IMG/VR virus record: IMGVR_UViG_3300044522_000230
Span: 1-32,561 of that record
Length of the DNA stretch: 32,561 bases
Direction: 5' to 3' (one strand)
Source: a virus
Taxonomy: Duplodnaviria; Caudoviricetes
In this document: piece after piece, positions 18,184 through 25,986 of the stretch
Layout of the letters: each line of letters starts with the position of its first letter
How positions within the stretch are numbered: position 1 is the first letter of the stretch
The notes under the pieces: generated by a model
Told to the model about the DNA's origin: nothing
Seen by the model: the letters and a program-made list of their open reading frames with translations, nothing else
The model's database searches: none
Translations under genes and position numbers: made by a program

Positions 18184-18713
18184 GGGCAAACGCCATTGAT
18201 TGGATTTGGTGCTTGAAACTCATAACGAAGAGTGCCGCTTGTTGGTCTTCCTACTGCCTTCATCCAAACAACAGTTCCAGTTGGAACGGGTTTGAACTGC
18301 ATTCCTGTAAACGGAGATGTTGTCAATCTCCACGCACCAGCAGAAAAACCAACAGCAAAACCATAAGCGGAAGAACCCGTATTACCTTGTTCTAATAGGT
18401 TAATTGCGTCCGATGACCCGTTTCGCCAGTCAGTGCGATTTGTGTAATCAGTATTTGTTCCAATTGAATCGGCTGGCTGAAGTTCCTGCCAACTGTATTT
18501 CCATATTGCAACGGTTGCACTAATTGTTGAACCAGTAATTCTTGCTGGAAAGAACACTTCGTCAGGAGTTTGTTTTGCTCTTGCTTGCAACTCTGCAACA
18601 ACAGACGCCATTGACCCTACTTCGCAAACCATGCGAGCCATGTCTTTCAAAGCATTTCTGTATTGCTGTGAAAATGGATTATTTAGTGAGTCAAATGTAG
18701 ACGGTGTAATCAT
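18180..18713 (-). CDS. Putative tail/baseplate protein, 177 aa
   Basis: Position in the tail module; N-terminal helix then beta-rich domain (FPARIT...YSWQE...AINLLE...VPTGTVVWM). Confidence 0.6.
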   Translation of the reverse strand: MITPSTFDSLNNPFSQQYRNALKDMARMVCEVGSMASVVAELQARAKQTPDEVFFPARITGSTISATVAIWKYSWQELQPADSIGTNTDYTNRTDWRNGSSDAINLLEQGNTGSSAYGFAVGFSAGAWRLTTSPFTGMQFKPVPTGTVVWMKAVGRPTSGTLRYEFQAPNPINGVCP

Positions 18714-18714
18714 T

Positions 18715-19482
18715 TTAAGGGAATGCTGCCGATTGATAATCTGACGGCGCGCTTAATACCCACGCACCCGCAGTTTGCGTGATTGCGTGACTTTTAAAAC
18801 CCCCAAGAGAACCCGTAAAGTTGACCGTTCCTTGGTAGGTGTACCCAGAATTTGTTCGTGCGCTTATTTCAGCACCGTCAAATCGCAATGTTCCTGCTGC
18901 CCAACTAACTCCTCCAACTGAATAAGAACTGCTGTTTACCTTTCCAGCGTAGGGTGCCCATGTTGAAAGTGGGTTCGATGTATTTTGAAACGGAAACCCC
19001 ATGCGAATAACAGGACGCATAAAACTGCGTGACTGTGGTCGAATGTCGAGTCTGCTCAACGAGACTCCATCAAACAAAGGGTTTGTAATAGGCGGAATTC
19101 CCGTTGCGTCTGCTGGGCCTTGAGTAAACACCTGTACAGCCTCATATCCAATGCGGTATTCAGCCAAAGTAACAGCATTAAAATTGCCCCAATTGCTGTT
19201 TTCCCAACCGTATCGCTCTTCAACGATGTAACGACCCACACCGACTTGTTTCGATGTCCGGTTAAGCATTGCAAGTGGGCCGTATGGGCTACCACCCAGC
19301 GTTGGAAACGCTGTTGCAAAGGCAACTGCACTACTTGCTACTGCTTGAATTGCTTTATCGTGACCGTCTGCGGTAGTAACACCTTCAACAAAATGACGAC
19401 GAATTACGGTTTCGCCATTTGCGCTGTCATATCCAAGAACTTGTGTCGTCCCATAGATGTCGCTTGTTACTGTAATAGCCAT
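18715..19482 (-). CDS. Putative distal tail / hub-like protein, 255 aa
   Basis: Beta-rich ORF two genes downstream of the tail-tube-like gene; function inferred from position. Confidence 0.5.
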   Translation of the reverse strand: MAITVTSDIYGTTQVLGYDSANGETVIRRHFVEGVTTADGHDKAIQAVASSAVAFATAFPTLGGSPYGPLAMLNRTSKQVGVGRYIVEERYGWENSNWGNFNAVTLAEYRIGYEAVQVFTQGPADATGIPPITNPLFDGVSLSRLDIRPQSRSFMRPVIRMGFPFQNTSNPLSTWAPYAGKVNSSSYSVGGVSWAAGTLRFDGAEISARTNSGYTYQGTVNFTGSLGGFKSHAITQTAGAWVLSAPSDYQSAAFP

Positions 19483-19740
19483 TTAAGACCCCATCAGTTT
19501 GTTTAGCAGATCCTTGATTGCCGTAGCCTCATCATGGATTGCTGATAGTGCGCTCAGAATGTCTTTAGACATGTCCGAACTGCCGGACGACTGATTGCTG
19601 CTCTTGGTGTTTACTGTCTCGCCTGACGGCTGCTGCTGCCCAGAAGAGTCAGCAAACTGCTTGGCAGCAGCAGCCGCTTCTTCTACGCGCCTACTGAACT
19701 CCTCAAGATCTGGAATGTTTGCTTGGTCAAAAGATGACAT
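19483..19740 (-). CDS. Small helical/low-complexity protein, 85 aa (possible miniature tape measure)
   Basis: TAATG-coupled to the tail-tube-like gene; helix - Ser/Gln linker - amphipathic C-terminal helix. Confidence 0.55.
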   Translation of the reverse strand: MSSFDQANIPDLEEFSRRVEEAAAAAKQFADSSGQQQPSGETVNTKSSNQSSGSSDMSKDILSALSAIHDEATAIKDLLNKLMGS

Positions 19741-20171
19741 TAGGTCACAGCACCAGAGAGTTTAAAGGAAACAGCAACGCCTACAAATGGTTGACTTTTA
19801 TTGGCATTGACTTCAATGCTTTCAAGAAAGCCCTTCCACGACTTGGTACCAATTGAATTGCCGTAATCCATCGTAAGCGTTGCGCCGGTTCCGCTCAAAT
19901 CATCAATGACCTCGTCACCTGAAATTTGCGTTCCATTGACCATGTACCCGGTGCAGACAAGTCGCCCTTCAACAAGGCCGGTCTTTGCATATCGCCTTGT
20001 TGTATCAACGCCGTTTGTAACGTCAATCAAATCGGCTTGAATGTTTAACTTGTGACCAACTACAACCATTACAAATGGATCTAACGAGCAATTACTTCCA
20101 CTTACTGCTGATCCGTCAAATACAACAGTAAGCGAATTGACAGACGGCTTGACTAGTGCGTCAACTGCCAT
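19740..20171 (-). CDS. Tail tube-like protein, 143 aa
   Basis: LNIQADLIDVT...RRYAKTGLVEGRL and WKGFLESIEVN...VSFKLSG match the pattern of siphovirus-type tail tube proteins; RBS AAAGGA. Confidence 0.6.
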   Translation of the reverse strand: MAVDALVKPSVNSLTVVFDGSAVSGSNCSLDPFVMVVVGHKLNIQADLIDVTNGVDTTRRYAKTGLVEGRLVCTGYMVNGTQISGDEVIDDLSGTGATLTMDYGNSIGTKSWKGFLESIEVNANKSQPFVGVAVSFKLSGAVT

Positions 20172-20188
20172 AGCGCATTCCTTTCAAA

Positions 20189-20206
20189 AGTCCGGCGCGC
20201 CGGACT
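20189..20206. repeat. Dispersed palindrome copy 4 (intergenic, between stop at 20208 and RBS of tail-tube gene)
   Basis: Direct reading; core followed by TTTT on the minus strand. Confidence 0.97.
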
Positions 20207-20207
20207 A

Positions 20208-20447
20208 TTACGAAACGGTCAGAGCAGTCCAAGTAGCCGTAGTCGTGGTGCCAAGGTTGACATAGACCGTGTTTGCAGTGGTCGTTCCGGTCGTGGTAAT
20301 CAGGAATGCTCCGCGAGCATAACCTTGCATATCAACATTTGCTGCGGTCGGTGCTACGGCGGCAATTGAAGCAACCTGAATCAACTTGCCAGCAACACTG
20401 CGAACGCCGTCGTTATTGATTTTTTCAAGAGAATGATGTCCGGGCAT
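20208..20447 (-). CDS. Small virion protein, 79 aa
   Basis: RBS TAAGGACACACA; Thr/Ala-rich with GAFLI...VYVNLGT...W motif seen in small phage structural domains. Confidence 0.65.
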   Translation of the reverse strand: MPGHHSLEKINNDGVRSVAGKLIQVASIAAVAPTAANVDMQGYARGAFLITTTGTTTANTVYVNLGTTTTATWTALTVS

Positions 20448-20456
20448 TGTGTGTCC

Positions 20457-21434
20457 TTATGGTGTGTAGGTGACTGTAAAATCTCTTACTTGGCGTCGGC
20501 CAAGAGGGTCTGAATTATCGCCATTGTATCCAAGGTTTCCCGCATACATGCCAGTTCTGTCTGCCATGACAGATGCGGCTAACCGTTGCATAAATAGTTC
20601 GCGGTACTTGCTGCTTGGTGTATCGCCATACTCCTCGGCAACAGCCAAACAAGACACAAGAATTGTTTCGTAGTGAGCCATGCCGCCAAGCGGATAGTCA
20701 CCAGTTGTTTGAAGAGTCTGTGGAATGACCGTGTAGTTGACGATCAATGAAGTGGCTGTCTGGCAAAATGGATAAACACGCATATGCCATTCTTGTTCAG
20801 TTTGATTTGCCACAACCCACTTGCTTGGCTCAATGTTAAACATCACAGGAATACCAATGTGTGAAAGCATTGAATCCTGTTGGATGTTTAAGATGTATTC
20901 CTGATTGACGTTTTTCAACTGCACGTTTCCTGACGCAGTTGCATGAAATACATTCAAATCAATGCCAGTTGCTGGCATGTCAACTCGGTTGTAATAAAAC
21001 GTAGCATTAGTTTGTAATGGAATGTTGACAGACAAATCTTTCAAAGTGCATTGGGTTGTACTTTGGTATGAATTGACTTCGTAATACCCATCAAAATCTT
21101 CAAAAATAGCAACCGTGTGTACTATTTTTGCGGTGAAATCCGCTAGGGTGCTAGTAACAACACCGTTTACAACAGTAACTTTTCCTGTTGTTGAAAGCGG
21201 TGCAGGAAACAAGAACGTCCCTTGCTTCTTCAGAAACGACCACTTGTGCGACGATGCTTCTCCGGGAAGTGGCGGAGGATAGTAAAACTGGCGCAAACCC
21301 CGTGCAATGAATGCAGTAATGTCTGCCTGTGCATTAGCACTGATAGACGCCCAAGCAGTTGCACGGCCATATCCTTGAAACCGATAAAGTTCGGTTCTCA
21401 AGGTATCAATGGTTAGCGAAAGTTCTGCTGGCAT
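20457..21434 (-). CDS. Putative head-tail adaptor / tail tubular protein, 325 aa
   Basis: N-terminal helices plus HKWSFL, central beta insertion, C-terminal G-x-P...VYP...Y...HYETILVSCLAVAEEY...F pattern typical of podovirus-type adaptors. Confidence 0.6.
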   Translation of the reverse strand: MPAELSLTIDTLRTELYRFQGYGRATAWASISANAQADITAFIARGLRQFYYPPPLPGEASSHKWSFLKKQGTFLFPAPLSTTGKVTVVNGVVTSTLADFTAKIVHTVAIFEDFDGYYEVNSYQSTTQCTLKDLSVNIPLQTNATFYYNRVDMPATGIDLNVFHATASGNVQLKNVNQEYILNIQQDSMLSHIGIPVMFNIEPSKWVVANQTEQEWHMRVYPFCQTATSLIVNYTVIPQTLQTTGDYPLGGMAHYETILVSCLAVAEEYGDTPSSKYRELFMQRLAASVMADRTGMYAGNLGYNGDNSDPLGRRQVRDFTVTYTP

Positions 21435-21643
21435 TATTGTTTCTTCCGGTTGGCTTTAGCGGTAATTACCCGAAGGTTAGAACGGCTACTGTTGTTTGGA
21501 TTGCCATCTTTGTGATCAACGTGCATTCCGTCACCCTTACGAACAACACCACGGTCAGACAACTCGCGCCTTGCAGCATTACGCAATGCGCGTTCCTGCT
21601 TCATCCGCTTACTGCTGTGGTATTTCTCGTAGTCGGAGTTCAT
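21434..21643 (-). CDS. Small HNH endonuclease, 69 aa
   Basis: R-N-AARR...GDGMHVDHKDGNPNNSSRSNLRVITAKANR; start reassigned to the TAATG overlap at 21643. Confidence 0.85.
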   Translation of the reverse strand: MNSDYEKYHSSKRMKQERALRNAARRELSDRGVVRKGDGMHVDHKDGNPNNSSRSNLRVITAKANRKKQ

Positions 21644-22521
21644 TACTGGAGAAGGTTGTACATCACACCAACGCACTTAGCCTTGCCGTTGCCGGTTGTT
21701 GCAGTACTCGGTGCTGTATATTTTGTAGAAGATGGCAAATATGACCAAGCAGTCATTGGCTGACACAACAAATATTGGGTTCCACCCAAGTTGTTAAGGT
21801 ATATTTCTCCAGCATTACTAATTTGTGCCGATCCGCCCATTCCCGGCGAGTAAGTAGGAGCAAATGCTGGATCAGAATAAATAATGTCTTCAGGAGTACC
21901 CGCTACTATAATTTTATGCGGCCCCAAACTTGAGAACGAACCCATTGCACCCGCAAACGTGTTTCCAAGATATCCATATGCAATGTTGCTGGTTAATGGA
22001 TTTGATGGCGGAATTTCTGTCATTGAAGCAACAGCACCGTGACCCTGAACAACACGAACTTGATTTGCCAAGCGAACCCAAGGTTTTCCATATATATTTA
22101 AATAATCAGTAGTAGTGTCGCTTGGCCCTGTGGGAATCGCACTAGTTACTGGCCACGATGTCATCAATGTGCAATAGTTTGACGCCATCCACAATGCACT
22201 TGTTTGATCTGGCTCTGCATCAGAATCAATTAGGAAAATATGCCACGCAACTGGATATGCTAAATTGTTTCCACTTCCAATAGCGGCAAGTCCATCCGCA
22301 GACACCATTGGAAAACGCAAACGAATTGCGTTATACCCATGCACGGAAATTGCATAGGTTGTTTGCGGATCATCCGTAATGTTTCCTTTCCAACTCAAAT
22401 TTGGTTGCGCGCATGCAACTCCAGATTTGTCATTGGTGAATGATCCTGTGTTTGTTCCGGTTAAAAACCCAGTTCCGGTATGCCACCCAGCAAATTTCCA
22501 TCCAGTGCTATATCCCTGCAT
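21643..22521 (-). CDS. Hypothetical protein, probably structural, 292 aa
   Basis: Intact ORF in operon; Gly/Thr/Ser/aromatic-rich beta composition. Confidence 0.65.
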   Translation of the reverse strand: MQGYSTGWKFAGWHTGTGFLTGTNTGSFTNDKSGVACAQPNLSWKGNITDDPQTTYAISVHGYNAIRLRFPMVSADGLAAIGSGNNLAYPVAWHIFLIDSDAEPDQTSALWMASNYCTLMTSWPVTSAIPTGPSDTTTDYLNIYGKPWVRLANQVRVVQGHGAVASMTEIPPSNPLTSNIAYGYLGNTFAGAMGSFSSLGPHKIIVAGTPEDIIYSDPAFAPTYSPGMGGSAQISNAGEIYLNNLGGTQYLLCQPMTAWSYLPSSTKYTAPSTATTGNGKAKCVGVMYNLLQ

Positions 22522-22549
22522 TGTGTGTCTTTCTTAGTAGATGGCAGAA

Positions 22550-22687
22550 CTACATTTTCTTTTTCTTGCCTTGGCCATTTAATCGCTTAGAGGAAGACCC
22601 TTGCGCGCCTCTAGTTGTCCTAGCCATTGAAGAATTAGCCGATTGAACACGGCTACTTGTTTGAATTGAAGGTTGTGATGCTGCCAT
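22550..22687 (-). CDS. Basic Ser-rich microprotein, 45 aa (not in ORF track)
   Basis: MAASQPSIQTSSRVQSANSSMARTTRGAQGSSSKRLNGQGKKKKM; purine-rich leader. Confidence 0.6.
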   Translation of the reverse strand: MAASQPSIQTSSRVQSANSSMARTTRGAQGSSSKRLNGQGKKKKM

Positions 22688-22720
22688 TGTTTTTCTTTCT
22701 TACTAGGTGGCAGAGATAAA

Positions 22721-22858
22721 TTACTTCTTACCGCCGCCAGATGGTGGAAGAATGGCCACAGCCTTTTTTACAGCAGACTTTGCGTTAGTAATTGCTCGAC
22801 GAATTGAGTTGCTTTGCGATGATGCGGCAGAACGTGAGCCTGACATTGAATTTCTCAT
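22721..22858 (-). CDS. Basic Ser-rich microprotein, 45 aa (not in ORF track)
   Basis: MRNSMSGSRSAASSQSNSIRRAITNAKSAVKKAVAILPPSGGGKK; RBS AAAGGAATCACA. Confidence 0.7.
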   Translation of the reverse strand: MRNSMSGSRSAASSQSNSIRRAITNAKSAVKKAVAILPPSGGGKK

Positions 22859-22870
22859 TGTGATTCCTTT

Positions 22871-23035
22871 TTATTCTTCTGCGGCTATGCCCTTGCCGCC
22901 GCCAAGTTGAAGCCCACCGGACTTTTTAACAGCAGACCGTGAACTGGTAATTGATCGGCGAATTGAATTTGAGGCAGACGACTTGCCTTGCCCACTCTTA
23001 GCCGACCGTGATGATGATTGTGATGATTTTGCCAT
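22871..23035 (-). CDS. Basic Ser-rich microprotein, 54 aa (not in ORF track)
   Basis: MAKSSQSSSRSAKSGQGKSSASNSIRRSITSSRSAVKKSGGLQLGGGKGIAAEE; RBS AAGGAAACACA. Confidence 0.7.
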   Translation of the reverse strand: MAKSSQSSSRSAKSGQGKSSASNSIRRSITSSRSAVKKSGGLQLGGGKGIAAEE

Positions 23036-23082
23036 TGTGTTTCCTTGTTGGTGTTGAATACCAGTTTACGATTAAACCGATA

Positions 23083-23193
23083 TCAATAGCCTTTTGCCTT
23101 GGTCATTTTCTTGCCAGACTTCTTCGATTCAGACTGAGCAGCAGCCTTGCCCTTAGCGGTGTATGGGAACGTCTTCTTTCCTACCTTTGGCAT
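23083..23193 (-). CDS. Lys-rich microprotein, 36 aa (not in ORF track)
   Basis: MPKVGKKTFPYTAKGKAAAQSESKKSGKKMTKAKGY; TAATG coupling; the MPKVGKKxFPYTxKG start is recurrent in aquatic phages (recall). Confidence 0.8.
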   Translation of the reverse strand: MPKVGKKTFPYTAKGKAAAQSESKKSGKKMTKAKGY

Positions 23194-23327
23194 TACGACT
23201 TCCCACCCTTTCGCATTTCCTTCATCTTCATCTTCATGCTCTCACCCTTCTCGTGCATCTTCTTCGCGGCTGGAGACTTGTACATCTCCATGCCCATCAT
23301 CCCCTTCTTTGACATCTTCTTCTTCAT
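23193..23327 (-). CDS. Lys/Met-rich microprotein, 44 aa (not in ORF track)
   Basis: MKKKMSKKGMMGMEMYKSPAAKKMHEKGESMKMKMKEMRKGGKS; TGATG coupling and AAAGGA RBS. Confidence 0.7.
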   Translation of the reverse strand: MKKKMSKKGMMGMEMYKSPAAKKMHEKGESMKMKMKEMRKGGKS

Positions 23328-23437
23328 CAGATCTTTCCTTTCTTAGCAAGAAACGCTCCCGCCATAAAACCGATTGCTCCGGTCAACAGTGCAAACCACA
23401 CGGATCCCATAAACGATGATAAGTCAGCAAGCATCAT
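23327..23437 (-). CDS. Single-pass membrane microprotein, 36 aa (not in ORF track)
   Basis: MMLADLSSFMGSVWFALLTGAIGFMAGAFLAKKGKI; ATGA coupling, AAAGA/AAGA leader; hydrophobic helix plus basic tail. Confidence 0.7.
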   Translation of the reverse strand: MMLADLSSFMGSVWFALLTGAIGFMAGAFLAKKGKI

Positions 23438-23952
23438 TTGTCATCTTTCTTGTGAAGGCGTCGCCACGCGGAATCAAACTCCGGATCCGATGCCCGTCGC
23501 GCGGCGACATATTCACGGGCATCTTCTGGCTTGTCTGGGTTAAGCATACCGGCGGCGAGGTCTGCGTCTTGGATCTTTCGTCTAGGGATCCATCCAATCG
23601 CGACACGGATCGCTGTGCCAAGTCCGGTTTGCCAAAGCAATACAACAATCGACAACGCAACAATCGCAAGACCGACCATCCAGAGCGTAGAGATCCACGC
23701 GGGTACCTTGTCTTCAAGACTAGGTAGGCGGTTGTGAATACCAGCAGCAAGATCGTCAATCCGTCCAGCACGGTCAATTACCTCTTTATCGCCAATCCTC
23801 CGACCATACTCAACAAGGGCATGAGCCTCAACACGAATTGCGTTCGTATCTTGGCTTACTTGCTCTAGTTGACTACATCCCGCCAGTAGGGCGGTTGTCA
23901 GGGTAAGAGTTGTGGTTTTCCAGTTTGCCCTCAATTTTGTCCAATCGGCCAT
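23434..23952 (-). CDS. Lipoprotein with internal transmembrane helix (unimolecular spanin-like); start uncertain
   Basis: Lipobox TALLAGC, ~60-aa helical region, TM segment WISTLWMVGLAIVALSIVVLLW, charged C-terminal tail. Confidence 0.6.
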   Translation of the reverse strand: MADWTKLRANWKTTTLTLTTALLAGCSQLEQVSQDTNAIRVEAHALVEYGRRIGDKEVIDRAGRIDDLAAGIHNRLPSLEDKVPAWISTLWMVGLAIVALSIVVLLWQTGLGTAIRVAIGWIPRRKIQDADLAAGMLNPDKPEDAREYVAARRASDPEFDSAWRRLHKKDDK

Positions 23953-24106
23953 AAATCGCCTGTTGCTGAGTAACAACTTGCATAAGCAAACGGTCATGTG
24001 CAATGTATGCACCACCAATTGTTGTCATAACGACCACAAGAATGGCAATGATTGCAATCCAATCGCGTGCTGACAGCCGAACAACATTATTTGCTTCAAT
24101 GGTCAT
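23873..24106 (-). CDS. Small membrane protein (holin-like candidate), 77 aa
   Basis: One TM helix WIAIIAILVVVMTTIGGAYIA followed by a short coiled coil (RLDKIEGKLE). Confidence 0.55.
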   Translation of the reverse strand: MTIEANNVVRLSARDWIAIIAILVVVMTTIGGAYIAHDRLLMQVVTQQQAIYGRLDKIEGKLENHNSYPDNRPTGGM

Positions 24107-24120
24107 ATATGAAACCTATC

Positions 24121-24157
24121 CACGGGGCGGGTATCCGTCGTAGGAACCCGCCCCGTG
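24121..24157. terminator. Strong intergenic hairpin after the capsid cluster (terminator or mRNA-stabilising stem)
   Basis: 12-bp perfect stem CACGGGGCGGGT / ACCCGCCCCGTG, 13-nt loop; no clear U-tract on the coding strand. Confidence 0.5.
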
Positions 24158-24172
24158 AACTTGAGAGGTTAA

Positions 24173-24886
24173 TTAACGATCAGCGCAAATCGTGATGTAA
24201 TCAACACTGGTCGCCTTTACAGCAGTTGCAGTTTTAGTAGCAACTGCTGCATACAGAACTGCCGTTGGAATGTAAGCAGATCCTTCAATACTTCCTTGAA
24301 GAATGCCGTTGAGATAGAAAGACACACGACTGAGTCCTTCGATCTTCATTCCAAGACGATAGAACGTAGCAGCAGCAGCAGTTCCAACTGTTACTGGCGT
24401 TCCAATTGCCGCCCCAATTGCCGCAACACCCTTAATGGCTGTTGTAGTAATTGTGAATCCAACTCCAGAGTTAGTGCCGTCCATTGCTCCAGCAGTTGTA
24501 ATAACTGGAACCGAAGTGGTACTAGCACCTTGAAGACTTGAAAGACCAATGAACACCGAACCACTTGCAGCAATAGTTGACACGGCAACACTGGCTTCAA
24601 AGTATAGAACCGTTGAACCTGCAAGTTGGAAGACGCCCCATGTATCAAGTGAACAATCTACGCTTGCTGTTGGCGTTAAAAGCACGACGCCACCGGCATT
24701 AGTAACTCCGGGAGCAGCAACAGTAGTAGAACTACCGATGGTGACATTCCAGTTGGGAACATCAGCACTGGCAATCTGGCTACGGAAATCATCAAACAGC
24801 AGGATAGATTCCTTTGGATCAAAAATTGATTCGATGATTGGCGCGTTATTCATCGCACCACTATTTCGAGTTGTAATAAGTTGCAT
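24173..24886 (-). CDS. Putative capsid decoration / minor head protein, 237 aa
   Basis: Directly downstream of the capsid gene with strong RBS; FDDF start and lectin-like beta-sandwich pattern (FYRLGM...VSFYLNG...VDYI). Confidence 0.55.
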   Translation of the reverse strand: MQLITTRNSGAMNNAPIIESIFDPKESILLFDDFRSQIASADVPNWNVTIGSSTTVAAPGVTNAGGVVLLTPTASVDCSLDTWGVFQLAGSTVLYFEASVAVSTIAASGSVFIGLSSLQGASTTSVPVITTAGAMDGTNSGVGFTITTTAIKGVAAIGAAIGTPVTVGTAAAATFYRLGMKIEGLSRVSFYLNGILQGSIEGSAYIPTAVLYAAVATKTATAVKATSVDYITICADR

Positions 24887-24906
24887 AGTAGGTTTCCTTT
24901 CTTAAA

Positions 24907-25965
24907 TCAGAACGCGGACGAGCCGGTACCGAGGACGAAGTTCATGCGACGGTTCGTACACATGAGGTTCAGAGTGGTATCAACGTGGGTAACAAACACG
25001 CTGTGTTGCGTACTTGCTGGCGTTGGCCCTTCTTCGCGCATGTATTCGCCAGCCAAGAATGCTGGCTTGAGGACGCCCCAATTGATGCCGTAAATTGGGT
25101 TGGCGGTGTTGCTTTCAAGGAAAGGAACCCAAGTCACAGGAACCTGACGGAACATCAGACGACCGTCCTTGGAAGCAATGTCGTTGCCAAGGTTGTCGTT
25201 CTGTGCTTCAAGAGCCTCTTCAAGAGGGCCGATCACCGAGTAGTTCGTGTAGTAACCGTAGTTGTTACCCGTGTTGTACGAAGGTGATGGAACCGGAGGC
25301 TTGAAGTTGGTAAACGTAGCCGCACGTCGCCACTTACGGATGAGATCCGTAGAAGTAACCGCCGTGTACTGCGCTGCCCAGTTCTGCCAACTTGGATAAG
25401 TACTAGAAGAAATGTTTCCTGCGCCAGCGGTAAAGCCAGCAGGATTTCCGCCTTCAAAGCCACCGTTCGCATTGACAAAGGTACCGGGGTAGCAAAGCCA
25501 ATAAGGAACACCAAACATCTGCTGGTTGTCAGTGGAGTTCACTGGCTTGTTCCAGAATCGGGTTTCCATGTGCTTGGCCAAGTCAATCATTGCGTCATTA
25601 CGACGAATGCGGACAAGGTCAACGATTTCCGCTGGAGCGCGGTTCATTGCTACTTCACGACGCTCAATGGCGTAGTTGGTAGTAACGTGACGCCACGGAA
25701 TGTTCGCAGTCTGCATAACGTCAGAAACGTTTACAGAATCAGTTGCGTACATTTCAGTGTCCTTTGCTGCGCCCGAAGTGGCGGTAGCAATGTTCCACTG
25801 AATGCCGTAACCACTCTGGAACGAAACCTTCTCGCGCTGAAGCAGCATGGGAAGAGCAACGTGTTCCTGAAGGGTGTACGAAATATCACTCCACTTCATA
25901 CGACCAAGATCGCGCTGTGTCGTCTTGATCAAGTCTGCAATGTCATCTGCCTGTAGATAGGCCAT
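24907..25965 (-). CDS. Major capsid protein (HK97 fold, BPP-1/epsilon15-like)
   Basis: 352 aa after scaffold; WRHVTTNYAIERREVAMN...IVDLVRIRRNDAMIDL...FGV and C-terminal NLMCTNRR pattern; AGGAG RBS. Confidence 0.85.
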   Translation of the reverse strand: MAYLQADDIADLIKTTQRDLGRMKWSDISYTLQEHVALPMLLQREKVSFQSGYGIQWNIATATSGAAKDTEMYATDSVNVSDVMQTANIPWRHVTTNYAIERREVAMNRAPAEIVDLVRIRRNDAMIDLAKHMETRFWNKPVNSTDNQQMFGVPYWLCYPGTFVNANGGFEGGNPAGFTAGAGNISSSTYPSWQNWAAQYTAVTSTDLIRKWRRAATFTNFKPPVPSPSYNTGNNYGYYTNYSVIGPLEEALEAQNDNLGNDIASKDGRLMFRQVPVTWVPFLESNTANPIYGINWGVLKPAFLAGEYMREEGPTPASTQHSVFVTHVDTTLNLMCTNRRMNFVLGTGSSAF

Positions 25966-25986
25966 GATGTTCTCCTAGTAAGTAAT

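Noticed and set aside
21434-21643. HNH as an intron-encoded homing endonuclease
   Set aside because: Both neighbours are intact and coupled by TAATG overlaps, leaving no room for intron structure; it is a free-standing small HNH.
22917-22927. Half-site CCGGACTTTTT
   Set aside because: Only half of the palindrome; could arise by chance from KKSG codons; not counted as a copy.
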